From IMG/VR virus record IMGVR_UViG_3300042975_000096: a stretch of 64,000 bases of DNA; one strand, given 5' to 3'. Position numbers and translations under genes: made by a program. Positions 17,135 through 26,477 of the stretch are shown piece by piece. The notes below the pieces were generated by a model, which made no database searches, was not told the origin of the DNA, and saw nothing but the letters and a program-made list of their open reading frames with translations. This DNA is from a virus (lineage: Duplodnaviria > Caudoviricetes). Every line of letters begins with the position of its first letter. Within the stretch, counting starts at the first letter, position 1.

Positions 17135-18580
17135 TTATTCTTCTGGGCTAACTGAAAATTTGTGAATATCCCATAAAGGTTCTTCTTTATAAAGTTTTTG
17201 TCTTGTTCTAGAATGTCTTCTTAACATTGGAGTATAATCAACAAAATCAAATACATATGCGTTTTTCTTTCCATCATATAATCTCAAAACACGACCAATA
17301 CGTTGAAATGCACGTGTAGAAGATTTACCGCCACCTGCCAAAATAAGCGTATCTAATATTGGTAAATCCAATCCCTCATCTGCTATTGTTGAAGCAATAA
17401 GAATATCACATTTCTTTTGTTTTACTGCTTCCATAACTGCTTTACGGCGTAAGCCATTATCTGAACCAGATAGAAATTCTATATTCTTTACTCTTATTGT
17501 TACGTCTTTTCCTGTTTTTGGATTTTTTATAACAATACCTTGTGTCTTTTCGCCCAAACGCTTAATTAATGCTTTTTGCATCTTTTCACCATGCTTAATA
17601 TTCTTTATTAAAATAAGTATTTTTCTATCACGTTTGTGCATTTGTTTAACAATTTTATATATCATTTTATTTCTATCTTCATTGTCAACAATCGCCTTAT
17701 TATATACTTCATTATAGTTTTTTCCTTTGAACACTTGTTTTACAGGAACAAAATAAATATCTGGCTTAATCAAGTATCCTAACTCTATTAAAGTAGAAGC
17801 ATTAATATTTGTGCTTTTATCTCGTTTGCTTAATACAGATTCAATCAACATATCGTCTCCAGCGTCTCTCCACGGAGTTGCAGATACACCTATTCTGTAA
17901 TATGCAGACGTGCACTTACGGGCAACCGTCTCTGCTGTGTGGGATGGAATATGGTGACATTCGTCCCACAAACACAAATGTGCATTTTTTATATACGATT
18001 CTTCTGCTGATTGTAAAGAAATAACTGTAATGTCTTTATAATCATTAAATCCACCACCAACTAAACCGACTTCAATCCCTAAGAATTTTTCCATTTCTTC
18101 TTTCAACTGAACGCATAAAGTTATTTTATCAGCAAAAATACAAACGGGTTTAACATTAAATTTGGCGATTAACGATGCCATCATAAAAGTTTTACCTGCA
18201 CCTGTTGCTGCTTGTATAATTGCTCTTGAAGGACAATTATCAACAATATCTTTTTGATACGGTCTTGGTTCAAGTTTTATTGTCTTTGCATCATCAATAT
18301 ACTCAACTAATGAAAAATTACCATTTTGTTCTGGCTTCACGCGATTATCATTTATTTGATATTTTAAACCATTTTCCTTACAAAAGTCAAGAACATATGG
18401 TAATAATCCAGTATAAGTCTTTTTCGTTTTTCTATTATACAAATGTCTTGGATATGGGTCATGACCAAATACTTGTATGTAAAATGTTAATATATCCCAT
18501 AATTTTATTTCATAATCTTTTTCCATGTTCATAATTTTTGTATAAACGTTATCTATTTCTAATTGAATCATTATTATCAA
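17135..18580 (-). CDS. Superfamily 2 DExH helicase (UvsW/ResIII-like)
   Basis: RPYQ, ATGAGKT, DECH, SATP, EGLDLP, QRIGRVLR. Confidence 0.92.
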   Translation of the reverse strand: MIIMIQLEIDNVYTKIMNMEKDYEIKLWDILTFYIQVFGHDPYPRHLYNRKTKKTYTGLLPYVLDFCKENGLKYQINDNRVKPEQNGNFSLVEYIDDAKTIKLEPRPYQKDIVDNCPSRAIIQAATGAGKTFMMASLIAKFNVKPVCIFADKITLCVQLKEEMEKFLGIEVGLVGGGFNDYKDITVISLQSAEESYIKNAHLCLWDECHHIPSHTAETVARKCTSAYYRIGVSATPWRDAGDDMLIESVLSKRDKSTNINASTLIELGYLIKPDIYFVPVKQVFKGKNYNEVYNKAIVDNEDRNKMIYKIVKQMHKRDRKILILIKNIKHGEKMQKALIKRLGEKTQGIVIKNPKTGKDVTIRVKNIEFLSGSDNGLRRKAVMEAVKQKKCDILIASTIADEGLDLPILDTLILAGGGKSSTRAFQRIGRVLRLYDGKKNAYVFDFVDYTPMLRRHSRTRQKLYKEEPLWDIHKFSVSPEE

Positions 18581-18585
18581 TCACC

Positions 18586-18918
18586 TCAATTTTTTGTGCT
18601 TTCCACCAAACCTAAATAATGAATTATTTTTTCCAACTCTTCTTTATTTAAGCAATTCCTTTCCCATGAATATTTCACAATATTCTGCAATACTTGTAAT
18701 AATTCTACTGCATTATATTCTCTATGATTAGTTTCATCATTTTTTCTAGCTTTTGGTATGATTCCTTTTATTTCCCACATTCTAATTGTAGCAGATTTTT
18801 TATTTAATAATTTTGCTAAATCACTAATTGACAATGAATCTCCATCTAATATTTTTGCATAAATTTTTTGTTTTGTTTTTACTTTCTTTTCTTCTTCAGT
18901 TAATATTCTTCTAGGCAT
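18586..18918 (-). CDS. MerR-type HTH DNA-binding protein
   Basis: ISDLAKLLNKKSATIRMWEIKGIIP..R....HREY. Confidence 0.8.
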   Translation of the reverse strand: MPRRILTEEEKKVKTKQKIYAKILDGDSLSISDLAKLLNKKSATIRMWEIKGIIPKARKNDETNHREYNAVELLQVLQNIVKYSWERNCLNKEELEKIIHYLGLVESTKN

Positions 18919-18965
18919 TAATTAACCACCTCCAAAATAATAATAATTTTGTACCGTTCAATAAT

Positions 18966-18998
18966 AATAAAGCCTGTATATATTGTACAGGCTTTATT
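18966..18998 (-). terminator. Probable intrinsic terminator
   Basis: AATAAAGCCTGTA...TACAGGCTTTATT inverted repeat. Confidence 0.65.
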
Positions 18999-18999
18999 G

Positions 19000-19257
19000 T
19001 TACATCATTTTTTTTACTTGTTCAAAAAAATCATTAAATGCTTTTTGATACTGTTCTACTTCTTCAACTGTATTTAATCGAATCATCATTCCGTTTTTCG
19101 TTGGGCCATCATATGAATCTGTATGTTTGAACTCTCGAATCCCTGCTCTCAAAATACCACTTTTTTTATTTTCCAACATAGAAAATTTAATTTCACCGAC
19201 ATCACTTAATTTCATTTCATTTTCAAATAAAACGTTATTACTATCATTAAAAGCCAT
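19000..19257 (-). CDS. PC4/YdbC-like ssDNA-binding protein
   Basis: 85 aa; GIREF...GPTKNGMMI resembles the PC4-family DIR.f....PTkKGi motif. Confidence 0.6.
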   Translation of the reverse strand: MAFNDSNNVLFENEMKLSDVGEIKFSMLENKKSGILRAGIREFKHTDSYDGPTKNGMMIRLNTVEEVEQYQKAFNDFFEQVKKMM

Positions 19258-19342
19258 TTGTTAACAAACCCTTTCCTAAAAATAATTAGTATGCGAATAT
19301 TTTCTACTCACATACTAATTATATTAAATCTACAATATTTTG

Positions 19343-22300
19343 TCAACGTCTAACCGTTGTCGGTCTACCTTCAATCCTATACAAATCACCATATTGCGGA
19401 GATAATTTATTTATTACTGTGGACTTCATATTTAAATTACCTACCACAAGTACCATAATTTCTCCTGTATCAGAAACGACAACACAATATGCTCCAATAT
19501 ACTTGTTAATCGCTGTTGTGCAATCATTAAAGAATAAATTAAAATCTACATTTCTAAATTCAATTCCACCATCTTGAAACACATTACAATCCTTTGATAC
19601 TTTATATTTAGTTACAAGATTACAGAAATATGAGTCATTTTTCAACATAAAATCATTCATAAAGACCATTTTTTTATTCAAGTCTTCATTTGTTAAAGTT
19701 TGTTCCATATTAGAAAATACATTTTTAAGCACAATATCATTGTTATCAACAATGTATCCATACGTCAATCCACCAGGCAAGCTATTAATAACATTTTTCC
19801 TAATAATTTCGTCATTATTCTTTCCTGTTCCCAATGTTGTTATAAAATATTTCCAATCGGTTATTCTAGAAATCTCTTGAACTTCCGCTTTCATTGTTCC
19901 TTGATATGGCGTGTAATTATACCATAAGGACAGTAATTTATCTTCAGGAAATTGATAACTAACAACAATTGGTATCTGAATAATGGTGTCTTTTCTTGGT
20001 TTATTACCTTCATTAAATATAATGGTAATAAATGGTGTACCAAATGATGCATCAGTAATTCTTACTGTTTCTGTATTGAATTCCCTTTGGTCTGTTGGAT
20101 TACCATGCTCATCATAGAATATTTCTCCATCCTGATAGCATTGTACATAATCATTATGTGCAGAAGTAACATCACCATTGGCATCTAATGTATTATCTGT
20201 AAAGGTAAATACTGATTTCAATACACCACCATGTATAGTTCCTTCCTCAGAAGGGGTTAAACACGGCAATGTGAACACATTATTTATACCATCCGCAACA
20301 AATTCTAACGTTTTACATCTGCAAACATTTGTAATTAATGTTTTTGAATTCAAATCATAGTCAAAACTATAACCTTCTGTTGCCAATTCAAATGTGATTG
20401 TCTCTCCAATTAATAATGCCGACTGTAAATAAACTGTAAAATATAAATCTTCCTCACCAATTATATCTGATGGAGTTCTAGTAACTTTTTCAATTTTTTG
20501 AGCATTGCTACCAACAACACCAGCTATTTTATATCCATATAAATGCATAGGAATTCTATATTGGTTCGTTCCATCGCCAGACATGTTATAATAAATCAAT
20601 CTAGCATAACATTGTTTTCTATTTCTATGACTATTAGAAATATCATATGCACTATCTTCATTGCCTGAAACTTTTCTAGGTTTTAATAAAGATACCTGCC
20701 GTGGATATTCATTGTTTATATCATTAAACGAAACTTCTTCTGTTAAGTTTAATTTATAATCATAATTATCGGCTTCCTCATCATATTTTACGATTGAAGC
20801 TGATAAAATTTCTGTTGGCATATCTTGTCCACCACAACCGTTTGACAATTCAATCGTAGCCTGAACAATAATCTGTTCTACTGTTTGGTCATACGGTTTA
20901 AACATTACGCTATTTGTTCCAATTCCTGACCATAAGCCAACAACATTTTTCCCTGTTAAATCATAAACTTTTTCAATTGATTTTATCAACTTATCAGAAC
21001 ACAAGTTAATATTAAATGTTTTCAATGAAGATTTTTTATCATATTCACAATGAAATATTGTATCTTTTTGTGTATAAGCGTTATCACTATAATTATTAAC
21101 GACAGAATTAAATGATGGCATTAATAATGTATCTGAATTAATAAAATCTGTTGGAATCATTGGCCAAAACGTATTTTTAGCATATCCATACATACTTCCT
21201 AATAATGATAATATTTCAAAATTTTTAGAATAACCAATAAACTCTTCAATCAAAAATCCTTTTTCAGAAGTATTTTTTGAATCGCCAATAATAAGGTTTT
21301 TTGCAACCAAATGACAAGGCGCACAATCACTTTGCGCTTTTAAACTACCGTTAATATATAAATAAATCTGTCCATTTGTAGGCATTGGGTCTTCTGTCCA
21401 TGCAAGTCTAATATGATAATATTGATTTGCTTTCAATAAATCTGTGGTTAAATCAACCACCGCTTTGTTTTCAACATATTCACTATTCATTTCCTCATAA
21501 TTAAATTGTGACAAAATAAATTGATTCCCTTGTTTTTTTAGTTTTATTATTGGTGATTGAGATTCATTAACCAATGTAATTATGGTTTGATTAATCGTAG
21601 TATCATTACCATTCCAAAAAGGTTTGAAATAAAAGTCCATCGTTCCCGTATGGGAATTAAACAAATATTCAGTTGAGCTATTATGAATTCTATAATTTAA
21701 CGAACGATTACCTTCAATAACTGCACCAAATCCGCAAATAGAATCTTCATATCTAACATTACCCTCTACCGTAATTGGATTATTTATATCATATGCAGGA
21801 GATAACGGAATGGTTGTTTTATTAAATGGGATAATCAATGTGGCAGATGGGATTGTAGAATAATCCATGTGTGCATTACCAAACTGTATTCTTCTCATCT
21901 TCTTTGTCTGCACAGTTGATAAATCATTATTGAACAGTTTTTTGATTGTTTCATCGCCTAAAGAGTTTTCATTATAATCTGAAAAGCTAACGGACTTTCT
22001 CAAATCCATAACATCATTTTCATTAATCACATCATATGCCAATTTATCTGGTCGCATATGATTCATTAAATCACCTGTTTTTGAAGAATCGTTTACAATC
22101 ACCATAGCATTATAAGATGGTGCACCATTATAATTTTCCAATGTATATTTAGAAGAATTACGTCTTCTTATCCTAAACATAGGTAATGCGAAAACATACT
22201 TTCCATACAAAGTTGATGAATTTATATCATAATCTTTTCTTCCTGCAACATATAAATTTTTATCAAAATGAAAAATTTCATCTTTAAATAAATCATTCGT

Positions 22301-23008
22301 TGCTTCACAAAATGCAATATTAACATTATCTATTCCACCAAATTGTCCATTAGCTTTTGCAAAAACCCTAGAATAATGTACAATATCCTTATAGCCTAAC
22401 CCTTCGGGATATTTATTAAAAGCGCATTCGTTAGCTACTTTTATATCCCAACACAAAACCACACGCCTAGAGGTTTCCTCTCCAACACGCTCATCCAATG
22501 CAGGAGTTCCTATATCATCACCTTTAACGTAACCGTATTTCTTCGCAGAACTGCTACCTTTAGCAATTTCAAACCATACCTCTAAGTATACTAAAGTATC
22601 ATCTAGAGAATCCTTTTGAGTTTCCCCTAAATCAATCAATATATAATTATCTAATTTATTATATGTAAAATTTCCTTGCGCATTAATTTCATATCCATTA
22701 ACAAATGCCTTAAATGGGGCAATTGCAATTTTATTAATTAAAGTCAAACCGTTTTCAGTTGGATTATAAATAATTGGGTCTCCTGTGAATTCCTTTTGAA
22801 CCAACTCTGTAAATCCACTATATATAACTTTTCTAATAGCATTCGTTCTAGCGTCTTCTTGCAATTGTTGCATTTCATTCAATTCTGTTTCAAGAATTCC
22901 AATATCATGACCGAATCTTATCTGTTGATAACTAGACTTGTTATTGTAATTAGAAAATTTTTCAAATTTATCCAAATCAAAATCGCTCCTTCCAATTTCT
23001 TTTTTCAT
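19343..23008 (-). CDS. Large virion structural/baseplate-associated protein with probable LamG/ConA-like domain (start may be TTG 22975)
   Basis: 1221 aa in the tail module; ILETELNEMQ, GTMDFYFKP, YYHIRLAW..IYLYINGSL. Confidence 0.7.
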   Translation of the reverse strand: MKKEIGRSDFDLDKFEKFSNYNNKSSYQQIRFGHDIGILETELNEMQQLQEDARTNAIRKVIYSGFTELVQKEFTGDPIIYNPTENGLTLINKIAIAPFKAFVNGYEINAQGNFTYNKLDNYILIDLGETQKDSLDDTLVYLEVWFEIAKGSSSAKKYGYVKGDDIGTPALDERVGEETSRRVVLCWDIKVANECAFNKYPEGLGYKDIVHYSRVFAKANGQFGGIDNVNIAFCEATNDLFKDEIFHFDKNLYVAGRKDYDINSSTLYGKYVFALPMFRIRRRNSSKYTLENYNGAPSYNAMVIVNDSSKTGDLMNHMRPDKLAYDVINENDVMDLRKSVSFSDYNENSLGDETIKKLFNNDLSTVQTKKMRRIQFGNAHMDYSTIPSATLIIPFNKTTIPLSPAYDINNPITVEGNVRYEDSICGFGAVIEGNRSLNYRIHNSSTEYLFNSHTGTMDFYFKPFWNGNDTTINQTIITLVNESQSPIIKLKKQGNQFILSQFNYEEMNSEYVENKAVVDLTTDLLKANQYYHIRLAWTEDPMPTNGQIYLYINGSLKAQSDCAPCHLVAKNLIIGDSKNTSEKGFLIEEFIGYSKNFEILSLLGSMYGYAKNTFWPMIPTDFINSDTLLMPSFNSVVNNYSDNAYTQKDTIFHCEYDKKSSLKTFNINLCSDKLIKSIEKVYDLTGKNVVGLWSGIGTNSVMFKPYDQTVEQIIVQATIELSNGCGGQDMPTEILSASIVKYDEEADNYDYKLNLTEEVSFNDINNEYPRQVSLLKPRKVSGNEDSAYDISNSHRNRKQCYARLIYYNMSGDGTNQYRIPMHLYGYKIAGVVGSNAQKIEKVTRTPSDIIGEEDLYFTVYLQSALLIGETITFELATEGYSFDYDLNSKTLITNVCRCKTLEFVADGINNVFTLPCLTPSEEGTIHGGVLKSVFTFTDNTLDANGDVTSAHNDYVQCYQDGEIFYDEHGNPTDQREFNTETVRITDASFGTPFITIIFNEGNKPRKDTIIQIPIVVSYQFPEDKLLSLWYNYTPYQGTMKAEVQEISRITDWKYFITTLGTGKNNDEIIRKNVINSLPGGLTYGYIVDNNDIVLKNVFSNMEQTLTNEDLNKKMVFMNDFMLKNDSYFCNLVTKYKVSKDCNVFQDGGIEFRNVDFNLFFNDCTTAINKYIGAYCVVVSDTGEIMVLVVGNLNMKSTVINKLSPQYGDLYRIEGRPTTVRR

Positions 23009-23020
23009 CTAATAATAAAA

Positions 23021-23061
23021 TAAACCCACATCAATTTTTTAATATATTGATGTGGGTTTTT
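23021..23061 (-). terminator. Probable intrinsic terminator
   Basis: AAACCCACATCAAT...ATTGATGTGGGTTT inverted repeat. Confidence 0.65.
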
Positions 23062-23070
23062 ATATAATTT

Positions 23071-23727
23071 TTAGAAGGTTAATTTCCAACAAATTGTCAA
23101 ACGAGAATTATCCGGTTTGTTCCAAACCTTAAATGTTTTATAGTTGAACATGTATCCACTATCTTTACCTGCACCAGCATTCCAATCCTGTGCATCTCCA
23201 CCGAACAATCCCATTTCTGTCAATGGGCCATTAGCTTCATTTTCATAAAATGTGGTGGTCAATTTCAAAATATTCGTTAGCGTATTTACTTCATTTCCTG
23301 CTGCATCAACAAAACACCATGAAGTAAACGGTTTTCTATAAAATTCACCAACCAATTTAGTTGTTGATAATGTTTCAGAAGGGGGGTCTTGCAAATCCCA
23401 CTGAGTTGTATCTACATTGTTTGTTTTTTCGTCATAAGGTTTCGTAATGTCCTGAAGAATACCAACACCCAATGCCAAATACTGCAATCCTCTATCAAGG
23501 AAGTTTCCCTGAAAAGCTGGTGTTGTTGCACCCGTAATAGCACCTGGAGCCATTCTAGCTGCCATTAGTTCTGAAGCTTTATCAACAATAAGGTTTTGAA
23601 TTGTTAACTGTTTCTGCATTACACCGTTAACAACCTTTCCATTCTTTATTTCCCCACCTTGATGCAAATACATTGAAATCTGACCAGATGGCTTTTTATT
23701 TTTTAAATAATTTTCATTAAAATTCAT
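23071..23727 (-). CDS. Baseplate/tail-fibre attachment protein (tail-collar-fibre N-terminal-like)
   Basis: NLIVD...LALGVG...EANGPLTEMGLFGG...ICWKLTF pattern; tail module context. Confidence 0.65.
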   Translation of the reverse strand: MNFNENYLKNKKPSGQISMYLHQGGEIKNGKVVNGVMQKQLTIQNLIVDKASELMAARMAPGAITGATTPAFQGNFLDRGLQYLALGVGILQDITKPYDEKTNNVDTTQWDLQDPPSETLSTTKLVGEFYRKPFTSWCFVDAAGNEVNTLTNILKLTTTFYENEANGPLTEMGLFGGDAQDWNAGAGKDSGYMFNYKTFKVWNKPDNSRLTICWKLTF

Positions 23728-23745
23728 TTATTTCAAATTCCTCTC

Positions 23746-25734
23746 TTATTTAAATTTTACAACAATATTCGGTAAAATAATATTCATAGGTACGTTTAGT
23801 GTATCATAATATTCCTCATACGGAATATCATTAAACACTAAGCATTGCACTGTTGCACCTGCTGAACCTGTATTATATACTGTAAAAATATCATCATTAT
23901 CAATATCAGCATACAAATCGCCAATCGAACCCTCTTCAATTGAAGAATTTGTAGTCAATATTGGTGTTCCTAAAGATAATCTATAATTCTCTCCAAACTC
24001 CTTTGAAGAAATAGATACCCCCTGTTGCCCTGCTAATGTTGCATTAACATAATTAATATTTTTCCATGTTTTGCTATACATATCAATTACAGTCCATTGA
24101 AATTTATTTCCTGTTGTTTGAACTACATTTGATTTCTTATCTGTAGTAATACCTGTATTATAAACAATAATTTGGTTATCAACGCATTTTACAAAAATTT
24201 CACCATTTCTACCATTTGTGTTTTCTTTAGCGCAAATATGGATAAAATATCTATCATCATCTAATTTGAAGGGCATTGTAATAAATGTGCCGTCCATACC
24301 GGAAAACGTACCCTCTCCGCTATAAACAACCTCATTATCAATCAAAATGGTTTCTAAATTCATTTTTAAATTTCTTGTACCTGTATTATATACTCGGAAT
24401 CTTTTTGCTTGTTTTTCAACAAACAAATCGCCTATTTTACCCTTATCTTCCCAATCATAATCTATCAATGTAGGAATTACAGTATAATCTTTATTCTCTA
24501 ATTGATGTCCAACATAATATTTTCTTTTACGATAAATAATCTTTTTGTCTTCATCTTCTTCATCAACCATTGCTCCTGCTGTTTGACCATACTGATGAAA
24601 CATTTCAATACCATAAATTTCTTTATCATGAATGGACGGCAAATCATATCCCAAATTTTTAATAATATGTGATAAATTTTCCAAATCTTCCGTCATTCTA
24701 TAAATTTTATTTTTCATGGAAGTTTCGTCTGTATAATATTCAGTTAATGTAGTATAAATCTTATTATATTGTTCTTCCGATAATGGAGCTAAATGTCTCA
24801 AATCCGTTATTTGGTCATCATAAATAATATTGGAGAATTTACCATCAGGTCTATCAGATTTTGTATTTTCATCAACCCAATCAACACCACCAAAAGGATT
24901 ATATTTTTCATCATAACCTGAATTATTCAATCTCATAATTCTAAATAATGGGATTGCATAAACATACCCATCTATTGTATGAATAGTTGGATTAGCTATT
25001 AATCCTTCTCCGGCAATAAATAAATACGGGTCATTTTCTGACTGTTTATAAAAATATTTTTTTGCTCGATAACCATTTTGAGCTAAAGGATGTATGCTTT
25101 CATTTGGTTTCCCATCTGCATCAACAAACCCCTTACTATACTTGTTATCAAAATCTTCATAATGTGAGATTGTCCATTGAAGCTGGATTCTTCTACTCGT
25201 TTCAGCTTCAATTCTTTCATCAATGATATTAAAGTCCATAGGGGAGTTAATATCATATCCGAACATAGGAACTTTATCGTTTTTCTTAAGTTCTGAAAAC
25301 CAAAATTCAAGAAAAACAAAATCATGTCTTACATCACCTACTGGTGGATTCGGCAATCTTATCGGAATATTTTTTTTCGTTTCGCCAGTTCTATAATATT
25401 CATGATGTGTTAAAAACCCATTTACAACCGAATCAAATGGTGGTAATTCAAATCCATTCAAATTAGTTGTATTATTATTAATAATCTTAAAACATTTTTC
25501 AAGGTTATTAGTTTTATCTATTGTTAAAATTCCACTTTTTGTAATTTGTTTTAAAGTTTTTGCAGCATTGTCAACATTAAGCCATTGAGCTTCATTTACC
25601 TCACGTTCCATAACATAGGCATCAGAACCCACATTTAATGCAACAAAATGTGTATTATCTTTCCATGTTCCCTTTATTGGTTGAGAAAACGTAGGATTAT
25701 AATCTGGCAACACTGAACTTTGTGTAGTCGGCAT
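23746..25734 (-). CDS. Virion structural protein, N-terminally paralogous to 19343-23008
   Basis: Shared motifs VFLEFWF, DERIEAETSRRIQLQW, YAIPLFRI, RPD...DLR. Confidence 0.7.
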   Translation of the reverse strand: MPTTQSSVLPDYNPTFSQPIKGTWKDNTHFVALNVGSDAYVMEREVNEAQWLNVDNAAKTLKQITKSGILTIDKTNNLEKCFKIINNNTTNLNGFELPPFDSVVNGFLTHHEYYRTGETKKNIPIRLPNPPVGDVRHDFVFLEFWFSELKKNDKVPMFGYDINSPMDFNIIDERIEAETSRRIQLQWTISHYEDFDNKYSKGFVDADGKPNESIHPLAQNGYRAKKYFYKQSENDPYLFIAGEGLIANPTIHTIDGYVYAIPLFRIMRLNNSGYDEKYNPFGGVDWVDENTKSDRPDGKFSNIIYDDQITDLRHLAPLSEEQYNKIYTTLTEYYTDETSMKNKIYRMTEDLENLSHIIKNLGYDLPSIHDKEIYGIEMFHQYGQTAGAMVDEEDEDKKIIYRKRKYYVGHQLENKDYTVIPTLIDYDWEDKGKIGDLFVEKQAKRFRVYNTGTRNLKMNLETILIDNEVVYSGEGTFSGMDGTFITMPFKLDDDRYFIHICAKENTNGRNGEIFVKCVDNQIIVYNTGITTDKKSNVVQTTGNKFQWTVIDMYSKTWKNINYVNATLAGQQGVSISSKEFGENYRLSLGTPILTTNSSIEEGSIGDLYADIDNDDIFTVYNTGSAGATVQCLVFNDIPYEEYYDTLNVPMNIILPNIVVKFK

Positions 25735-25799
25735 TTAATTCACTTCTTTCATTTTTTCTACTAATTAAATAGTACAATTACTGTTTTTTATAGCAAGTT

Positions 25800-26471
25800 T
25801 TATTTGAATAGCACCTGATACGCAGTTAATATTGCATCTTCATCTTTTGAATTCTTAAAACCAACATAAACAATTTCACTATCTGCATCATTCTTAATAC
25901 TTTTTTTGCATTTATAATACATTTTTCCATCAAAAGAATAGTAGGTCATTAATTCACTATCTGAATCATAAAACACCGAAAATTCTTTTGCTCCCTTTAT
26001 TTTAATCTCGTTTGTTTTAGCAATGCCTTCAGGTCTAATTTTAATATCATGCTTTCCTACATCAATATTTTCACTATTATTCAAATCAACAAAATCTGAC
26101 ATATTAAACTCAAATAACATACCATCTGTATATTTAATTGTTGATAACATAACTTCTTTTTTGAATGTCATCACATCAATTTTTGAAAAACAACTTGGGT
26201 CATGAATAATATCAATTGTTTCATTCACTTCAATATTTTTAGTTAGCGGTTTTGCGTTTTTGCTGTTATTTGTTAAAACGCCGTTTTTATCAACATACCA
26301 TGGATTTCCTTTACTATCTTTTTCTTCAATCCAATATGTACGCTTAATTTTTTTTTCTAATCCAACAACACTATCTACATAAATTCCAGAAGTAAATGGT
26401 TTTATGGCGTTTGAAACCCCACAAGCCATATTACTCCCTTCCTCAAACAATACATACATATGTATAACCAC
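25800..26471 (-). CDS. Hypothetical protein (tail module)
   Basis: 223-aa ORF, co-oriented with neighbours. Confidence 0.65.
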   Translation of the reverse strand: MVIHMYVLFEEGSNMACGVSNAIKPFTSGIYVDSVVGLEKKIKRTYWIEEKDSKGNPWYVDKNGVLTNNSKNAKPLTKNIEVNETIDIIHDPSCFSKIDVMTFKKEVMLSTIKYTDGMLFEFNMSDFVDLNNSENIDVGKHDIKIRPEGIAKTNEIKIKGAKEFSVFYDSDSELMTYYSFDGKMYYKCKKSIKNDADSEIVYVGFKNSKDEDAILTAYQVLFK

Positions 26472-26477
26472 CTATCA

